Below the pieces are notes generated by a model. It was not told where the DNA came from. It worked only from the letters and a program-made list of their open reading frames with translations, and did not search any database. A stretch of 64,000 nucleotides of DNA from the human T2T-CHM13v2.0 reference genome, Homo sapiens. This document shows, in pieces, positions 46,978 through 64,000 of this stretch. How positions within the stretch are numbered: position 1 is the first letter of the stretch; every line of letters starts with the position of its first letter. A program made the position numbers and the translations under genes. The stretch lies in NCBI RefSeq assembly GCF_009914755.1, contig NC_060943.1. One strand, given 5' to 3'.

Positions 46978-48968
46978 TCATACTGTTGGGGAAAAAAAAT
47001 GACAAATAAGCCAGGTACTGCTGCATTGAGGTTATCAGTATGAGCTCAAGTTTATTTTAATAAATGGATAAGAAAATAAATATAGATATGTGACCAGGTG
47101 CTGTGGCTCACACCCATAATCTCAGCACTTTGGGAGGCCAAGGCGGGTGGATCATGAGGTCAGGAGATCGAGACCATCCTGGCCAACATGGTGAAATGCC
47201 ATCTCTACTAAAAATACAAAAATTAGCTGGGCTTGGTGGCACGTGCCTGTAATCCCAGCTACTCGGAAGCTGAGGCAGGAGAATCGTTTGAACCAGGGAG
47301 TCAGAGGTTGCAGTGAGCCGAGATCATGCCACTGTACTCCAGCCTGGCAACAGAGCGAGACTCTGTCTCAAAAAAAAAAAAAAAAGCTGGACGCTATGGC
47401 TCACGCCCACAATTCCAGCACTTTGGGAGGTCAAGGTGGGTGGATCACGAGGTCAGGAGTTCGAGACAAGCCTGACCAACATGGTGAAACCCCGTCTCTA
47501 CTAAAAATAGAAAAAAATTAGCCAGGCATGGGGGTGCATGCCTGTAATCCCAGCTACTCAGGAGGTTGAGGCAGGAGAATCGCTTGAACCTAGGAGGCAG
47601 AGGTTGCAGTAAGCTGAGATCATGCCACTGACTCCAGCCTGGGCAACAGGGTAAGACTCCGTCTCAAAAAAAAAAAAATTTTTTTTTAATTAGAATGTGG
47701 TGAAGGTTGCACCACTCTGTAAAATACACTAAAAACCACAGTTGTATATTTCAAGTGTGTGAATTTGATGACATCTGAATTATACCTCAATAAAGCTGTT
47801 AAAAATTATATTTGACATTTATCAAGTGGTTAGTTCAAAGCGGGGCAATGTGCTGAACTTTCTACACCATGTTACATTCCCACCCAGAACATCATGTGAG
47901 AAGGAAAGGGACTTTTATGTCTCCACTTTATAGGTGTCCCAGATTGAGATCTGAGAGGTTAAGCAAGCTGTCCACAGTCACACAGAAATGGGGTGAACAA
48001 ACTACAGAGGTCTGGCATTGGAGGCCTGGCAACCTTGGGCTTCCCCTCCGGTCCCCTGCTCCTTACTTGTTCTAAGCTGAGCTCATGGCATACTGCAATG
48101 ATTTTAGTTTCTGCCACACACACATTCTTTCCAGCCTCCAGGTACCTGGATTTGCTGGTTCAATCCTTCTGCCTGGCTGTTTTCCCTTTTCTTTTTCTTT
48201 TTTTTTTTTTTTTTTTGAGGGAGTTTCGCTCTTGCCCAGACTGGAGTGGTGCAATGGCGCAATCTTGGCTCACCGCAACCTCCCTCTGCCTCCCAGGTTC
48301 AAGCAATTCTCCTGCCTCAGCCTCCCAAGTAGCTGGGATTACAGGCGCGTGCCATCATGCCTGGCTAAATTTTGTATTTTTAGTAAAGGCAGGGTTCCAC
48401 CATGTTGGTCAGGCTCCTCTCGAACTCCTGACCTCAGGTGATCCACCAGCCTCAGCCTCCCAAAGTGCTGGGATTACAGGCGTGAGCCACCACACCTGGC
48501 CTGTTTCCCCTTTTCTTTCCACATAGCCTGTGAAATGAATGTCTAAGTGTGAGGGCACGAGAGACAGATGTAGAGAGAGACAGAGATAGAGGAAAGGTGC
48601 CGAGTCCAGAGCTCCACATCTCGGCCTGGGAGGTGAGGGGTGCCAGGGGCACCTGGAAGGGTTGCTTGGAGGGAACTATCCAGGAAATGCTTGGCCACCG
48701 ACCTCCATCTATAGCGTTTAAAGCCATCTCTCTTCCTTGGCCTGGAGTTTAAGCCAAGCTATAATTCAGGACACTCCTAAGAGGATGAGGTCAGATTTTC
48801 CCCAGGAGAATTCACCAGGCCTGGGGGTGAGCAGGTGGCAGGAGAGAGGCATGGCCCTGCCAGAGTCCTCCCAGCACCTTGGGACAAGGTGTTCCCCTCC
48901 CCTCACTACTGTGCTGCTTTCTCTTCCCTTCTCCTTCCCAACTCAAAGCCTCATCTCAGAGCCTTTTA

Positions 48969-49305
<337 letters not shown>

Positions 49306-49475
49306 CTAGGGGGTGGGTGCAGTGGCTCACACCCCGTAATTCTATCACTTTGGGAGGCCAAGGTGGGTGGATCGCTTGAGGCCAGGAGTTCAAGGCCAGC
49401 CTGGGCAACATAGCAAGACCCTGTCTCTACAAAATAATAATAAAGATTATATATATATATATATATATTCACTCA

Positions 49476-49661
<186 letters not shown>

Positions 49662-49763
49662 TCACACCTGTAATCCTAGCACTTTGGGAGGCCAAGGCCG
49701 GTGGATCACTTGAATCCAGAAGTTCGAGATCAGCCTGAGCAAAATAGGAAGTCCCTGTCTCTA

Positions 49764-54590
<4,827 letters not shown>

Positions 54591-54842
54591 ACTAGCTGGG
54601 TGTGGTGGCTCACATCTGTAATCCCAGCACTTTGGGAGGCACAGGGGGGAGAATTGCTTGAAGCCAGGAGTTCAAGACTAGCCTGGGCAACAAAGTGAGA
54701 CCTCATTTCTAAAAAGAAAAAGAAAACATTAGCCAGGCCTGGTGGTGTAGTGGTGGGCCTCTGCAGTCTCAGCTACTCATAAGGCTGAGGCAGGGAGGAT
54801 CGCTTGAGCCCAGGAGTTCAAGGCTGCGGTGAGCCATGTTCA

Positions 54843-54962
<120 letters not shown>

Positions 54963-55073
54963 TCACGAGGTCAGGAGATCAAGACCATCCTGGCTAACAC
55001 GGTGAAAACCTGTCTCTACTAAAAATACAAAAAATTAGCCGGGTGCAGTGGCGGGCGCCTGTCGTCCCAGCTA

Positions 55074-55570
<497 letters not shown>

Positions 55571-56041
55571 TCACTCTGTCACCCAGGCTAGAGTGCAGTG
55601 GAACACAGTTTATTGCAGCCTTGACCTTCTGGGCTCGAATGATCCTCTTCCGTTAGCCTCCCAAGTAGCTGGGATCACAGGCATGCAACACCATGGCCAG
55701 CTAATTTTTTCATTTTTAGTTTTTGTAGAAATGGGGTCTCCACATGTTACCCAGGCTGGTCTGGATCTCCTGGGCTCAAGTAATTTACCCACCTTGGCCT
55801 ACCAAAGTGTTGGGATTATAGGCATGAGCTCACTGTTTTACCCAAGCTGGTCTTGAACTCCTGGCTTCAAGGGATCCTCCAACCTCGCCCTCCCAGAATG
55901 TTGGGATTACAGGTGTGAGCTAACATGCCTGGCAAACAGCATACATTCTTTTTATTGCTTTAATAAAAATGTAATTTTGTTTCTCTTTGAAGGATACTGT
56001 TGAGAAGTGTAATTACTATGATGTATAATTTGTCCACGTAG

Positions 56042-56750
<709 letters not shown>

Positions 56751-56829
56751 TAACTCCTACTCATCCATTAGATTCCATGATAGACATTTCTAGCATAGAC
56801 AACAATCCATTGAATGAAAAACTGCCATT

Positions 56830-57185
56830 TGCAGATAGCTGGCTCTCCTGACTAATTCTGACCATTGAAGTGGGAGTGAGGTGGCATACATTATTCTATA
56901 TGTCTTTCAGTTCTGAACAGAGGCATCCAAAAACTTATGCATGGCTCTCCTGTCTGCCTCTTGCTCCTCTGTGATAACTGAAGCAGAGAGTTTCAGATAG
57001 TGCAGCCACAAGATGACGGGAGACTTGTCATCCTGGGCTCCTGAATGACTGTGTGGAGCTGAGCCCCTGCCAGTCCATATAGGATGAATAGCCTGAGGGA
57101 GAAATCAACTTTGATTGTGTTAAACCACTGAGCTTTGGGCTGGTTTGTTACTGCAGCAAATCTTGACCTACTCTGACTAATACAG
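56830..57185 (+). mobile_element. Old MaLR LTR remnant (MLT1 family)
   Basis: Ends in GAGAAATCAACTTTGATTGTGTTAAACCACTGAG...TTTGTTACTGCAGCA...CTGACTAATACA. Confidence 0.65.
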
Positions 57186-57534
57186 AACCCAACTTAAATG
57201 TGGCTTCCCCAGAGAAGTCCTCCTGGATCACAGCCCCCAGAATCAGTTTCTTCCCCTTTTGTAAGCTTGTATGTTCTTACTTGATCATTACTGCAAACAT
57301 AACTGTATAATTATTTGTGTAATGAGTTCATCATCTCTCTGCTCCACCCCATCTCCAAAACCCCAAGGGGAGACAACAGTGTGGATTTTCCATTGCTGCA
57401 GCCTGGACTCAAAATAGTGTCTGATGCATAGTAGGTACCCTGGATACATTTGTTGAATGAAAGAGTTTTGTGGCAGGGCGCGGTGGCTCATGCCTGTAAT
57501 CCCAGAACTTTGGGAGGCCGAGGCAGGCTGATCA

Positions 57535-57986
<452 letters not shown>

Positions 57987-58846
57987 CTACTCAGGAGGCT
58001 GAGGCAGGGGAATCACTTGAACCCTGGAGGTGGAGGTCGCAGTGAGCCAAGATTGCGCCACTGTACTCTGGCCTAGGCAACAGTGAGACTCTGTCTCAAA
58101 AAAAAAAAAAAGGCAGCAATTAGCAGGACTCTTTTATAGAACATCATTCATGTAACCCACAGGGTAATGGATGCATGAGAGGCGGGACTGGATGGCCCCA
58201 AGAAACAGGGGAAGTTTGACAAGGAACATGATCTATTGTGAGAAAGTACCTATCCACATAGTTAACGTTTTCTTCAAGACTGTAATTTGTTCCAACAACT
58301 GCTCTGCCTGGGAGGGATTTCCGGGCATGATTTATTTCACTAAGAGGCATGGGAACTGGGTGGAGATGCATGGAAACATTTTTTGAATAGTTGAGAGGCC
58401 CAGGATAAAATTCATGCACAGACGCCACAATGCAGTCAGTAGAAGGAAATGTTATCTTATTGGGTTCTACTCAAGGGCAGTTTTGAGTCAGTGCTCTAAT
58501 GCCACCATACTGATTTGTTTTCTCAACTCTATTAAGGAATACTTGACATGTAATAAGCTGCACATACTTAAAATATTCCATAGCAGAACATGGGGGCACA
58601 TGCCTGTAATCCTTGCTGCTCAGGAGGCTGAGGAGGGAGGATCACTTGAGCCCAGGAGTTTGAGGCTGCAATGAGCTGTGGTGGCGCCACTGCACTCCAG
58701 CCTGGGAGACAGAGTGAGACGATAACAAAAATAAAATAAATTAGCTGGCCAGGCGCGGTGGCTCATGCCTGTAATCCACACCTGTAATCCCAGCTCTTTG
58801 GGAGGCCAAGGCGGGTGGATTGCCTGAGCTCAGGAGTTCGAGACTA

Positions 58847-59254
<408 letters not shown>

Positions 59255-59376
59255 CTAGTTCCTGTACATCTTCTCCAACACTCATTAAGGTCAGTGTTTC
59301 TCATTTTAGAGGTTCTAGAGGATTTTGGGGGGTATCTGATTTCTATGTTATTTTGAATTTTCCCGATGGCTAATGA

Positions 59377-59610
<234 letters not shown>

Positions 59611-60033
59611 TAGTGGCACGATCTCAGCTCGTCACAACCTCCGGCTCCTGGGCTGAAGCTATCTTCCCACCTCAGCCTCACAAGTAGCTAAGACCAGAGA
59701 CATGTGCCATCAAGCCTGCCTATTTTTTTTTTTTTTTTTTGTAGAGACAGGGTCTCCCCATGTTGCCCAGGTTGGTCTCAAACTCGAACTCCTGGGCTCA
59801 AGCAATCCTCCTGCCTCAGCATCGCAAGTGCTGGGATTACAGTCATGAGCCACCGTGCCTGGCCATAATGGATATTCTTTTTTTTGAGACAGGGTCTGTC
59901 TCTCTCTGGTAACCAGGCTGGAGTGGAGTGCAGTGGCGCACTCACAGCTCACTGCAGCCTCCACCTCCTGGGCTCAATGCTCCCACCTCAGCCTCTGAAG
60001 TAGCTGGGACTACAGATGAGTGCTACCCTGCCC

Positions 60034-60067
<34 letters not shown>

Positions 60068-60070
60068 TAG

Positions 60071-60241
<171 letters not shown>

Positions 60242-60389
60242 TAGGAATGATGGCAAGTGTGATCAGGTGGACCTGAGAACACACACAGGGCGACTTGCCC
60301 AAGCTGGAGGTCAGGACAGGCCTCTGAGCTGTGGGTGGGCAAGCTGAGGCCTGCTGGAGAAGAGGGAGAAACCGACTCCATTCATTTCC

Positions 60390-61146
<757 letters not shown>

Positions 61147-61413
61147 TCCAGGCTGACCTGTGACAGTGACAGTTATTTGGCATCCAAAGTGTGGCTACGA
61201 GTTCAATCTTGGAAAGCCTGGGACAGCCCAGCCAGGGGGTTCCTGAGGTGTAGGTGCGTGGTGACTGGCTTTTTTAAGGGCACGAATCTTTTGGGAGCAG
61301 AAGGAGGAAGACAGGAGGAAGGGAAGAAATTGTTGAGAGACCTGGGTCAGTCTCACCAGACTGAGTGCAGAAGCCGAAGACCCCTGGCCTCTACACTGGG
61401 CTCAAAGTGGTCA

Positions 61414-62282
<869 letters not shown>

Positions 62283-63220
62283 TAGGCTGGTCTCGAATTC
62301 CTGACCTCAAGTGATCTGCCCGCCTCGGCCTCCCAAAGTGCTAGGATTACAGGTGTGAGCCACAGCCGCCGGATTCTTTTCCAGATTTTTTTGGCATGAT
62401 GGAATTTGTTTATAAAAATACCGTTCTAAGCTGAGTGGGGTGGTGTGTACCTGTATTCCCAGCTACTCGGGAAGCTGAAGTCGGAGGATTCTTTGAGCTC
62501 AGGAGTTGGAGACCAGCTAGCTAGGGCAACACAGCAAGACCCTGTCTCAAAAAAAAAAAAAAACATTAAAATTAAAAAACAGCTAGGTCCTTCTAGCTGT
62601 TTGTGGATTTGAGGGGTCAGACATAGCAGCTAAGAGACCAGGGACTAGGATGATGGATGCTGGACCCAGGAGGGCAGTGGTGGGAATAAGAATAACAAGA
62701 ACAGTCATAATTCACACTGACGTGGTGGAGACCATGTGCCTGGCACTGTTCAAAGCATTGTGCATATTCACTTCATCCTTCTCCCAAACACTAGAAGGGA
62801 GGCAGTATCACTACCCCATTTGGCAGATAAAGAAACTAAGACAGTGGCCGGGCACCGTGACTCACCCCTGTAATCCTAACACTTTGAGAGGCTGAGGCAG
62901 GAGGATCACTTGTGCCCAGGGATTCAAGGCTGCAGGAAGCAATGATTGCACCATCACACTTCAGCCTGGGCAACAGAGTGAGACCCCGTCTCTCTCTCTT
63001 TTTTTTTTTTCCAATGAATCAATTTTATTTTCAGACTTTCATAGTTAGTCTAATTAAATCAATTTAAAGTTCTCACTTTCTTGACATGCTTAAGAAGTAT
63101 AGTGTAGTGGGTGAAATCATAGACGCCGGAGACAGGACTTCCTGGGTTAGAATTCCAGATCAGCAACTTACTAGAATGAAACCTTGGCCACATTATGTCA
63201 TCTCTTTGTGTCTCCATTTG

Positions 63221-63632
63221 CTCATTGCTTGGCGATAGGTGATTGTCTCACCGCTCAGCGATAGGCGATGGTCTCACCGCTCGGCAATTGGCGAAGGTCC
63301 CATCTGGGTCGCCAAAATGTGTCCGGAATTGGTGGGTTCTTGGTCTCACTGACTTCAAGAATGAAGCCGCGGACCCTCGCGGTGAGTGTTACAGTTCTTA
63401 AAGGTGGCGTGTCCAGAGTTTGTTCCTTCTGGTGTTCAGATGTGTTCGGAGTTTCTTCCTTCTGGTGGGTTCGTGGTCTCGCTGGCTCGGGAGTGAAGCT
63501 ACAGACCTTTGCGGTGAGTGTTACAGCTCTTAAAGGCAGTGTGGACCCAAAGAGTGAGCAGTAGCAAGATTTATTGCAAAGAGCGAAAGAACAAAGCTTC
63601 CACAGTGTGGAAGGGGACCCGAGCGAGTTGCC
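63221..63632 (-). mobile_element. ERV9/LTR12 fragment: R-U5 (63632-63318), PBS (63314-63297) and short internal leader
   Basis: LTR12 text (GGGTCCCCTTCCACACTGTGGAAGC...GCAATAAATC...CTGTAACACTCACCGC...CCAATTCCGGACACA) followed by TGGCGACCCAGATGGGAC. Confidence 0.9.
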
Positions 63633-64000
63633 CAACCCCATCTCTCAAAGAAAAAGGAACTGAGGCAGAGAGTGGCGAGGTCCCTTATCTGAGCCATCTG
63701 GCTGCACAGTCTGTACTGAGTGCAGAATCCAAAGAACCCTGGGCCTACACTGGGCTCAAAGTGGTCAACTCCAATGGAATGCGGTTGTGTGTGCCCACGG
63801 TGCCAGCTACTCAGGAGGCTCAGGCAGGATCACTTGAGCCCAGGAGGTCAAGGCTGCCATGAGTCCTGATTGAACCACTGAACTCCAGCCTGGGTGACAG
63901 AGTGAGACTCTGTCTCGAAAATAATACACTTGGGCACAGTGGTTCATGCCTGTAATCCCAGCACTTTGAGAGGCTGAGGAGGGCAGATACCCTGAGGTCA

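Noticed and set aside
63297-63314. tRNA-like sequence
   Set aside because: Only the 18-nt retroviral primer-binding site, not a tRNA gene
63255-63641. 128-aa ORF
   Set aside because: Lies within LTR12 R-U5 and leader sequence; not gag, pol or env

Overview
Human (primate) genomic DNA, GC-rich and very Alu-dense, recognisable as the chr19p13.2 KEAP1-S1PR5 locus. Two protein-coding genes lie on the minus strand. KEAP1 has five coding exons (join 23830-24468, 16015-16700, 14089-14294, 13633-13809, 11096-11262; 1875 nt, 624 aa; all GT-AG junctions checked) and at least two alternative non-coding first exons in a CpG island. S1PR5 has a single coding exon (38259-39455, 398 aa) and an upstream first exon. 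Nearly all other ORFs in the track are Alu or microsatellite artefacts or GC-rich shadow frames. The best leads are: (1) one KEAP1 first exon overlaps a perfect extended ARE/ERE-like element and carries three strong in-frame uAUGs that, after splicing, form a uORF overlapping the KEAP1 start, while the other first exon has no AUG; (2) an in-frame upstream AUG could give a 500-aa N-terminally extended S1PR5; (3) an Alu target-site duplication copied the S1PR5 poly(A) signal; (4) an orphan CpG-island promoter is followed by an old ~31-bp degenerate tandem array downstream of KEAP1; (5) an ERV9 R-U5-PBS fragment has an intact tRNA-Arg PBS. Repeat family names were assigned by eye from memory of consensus sequences, not by a search.
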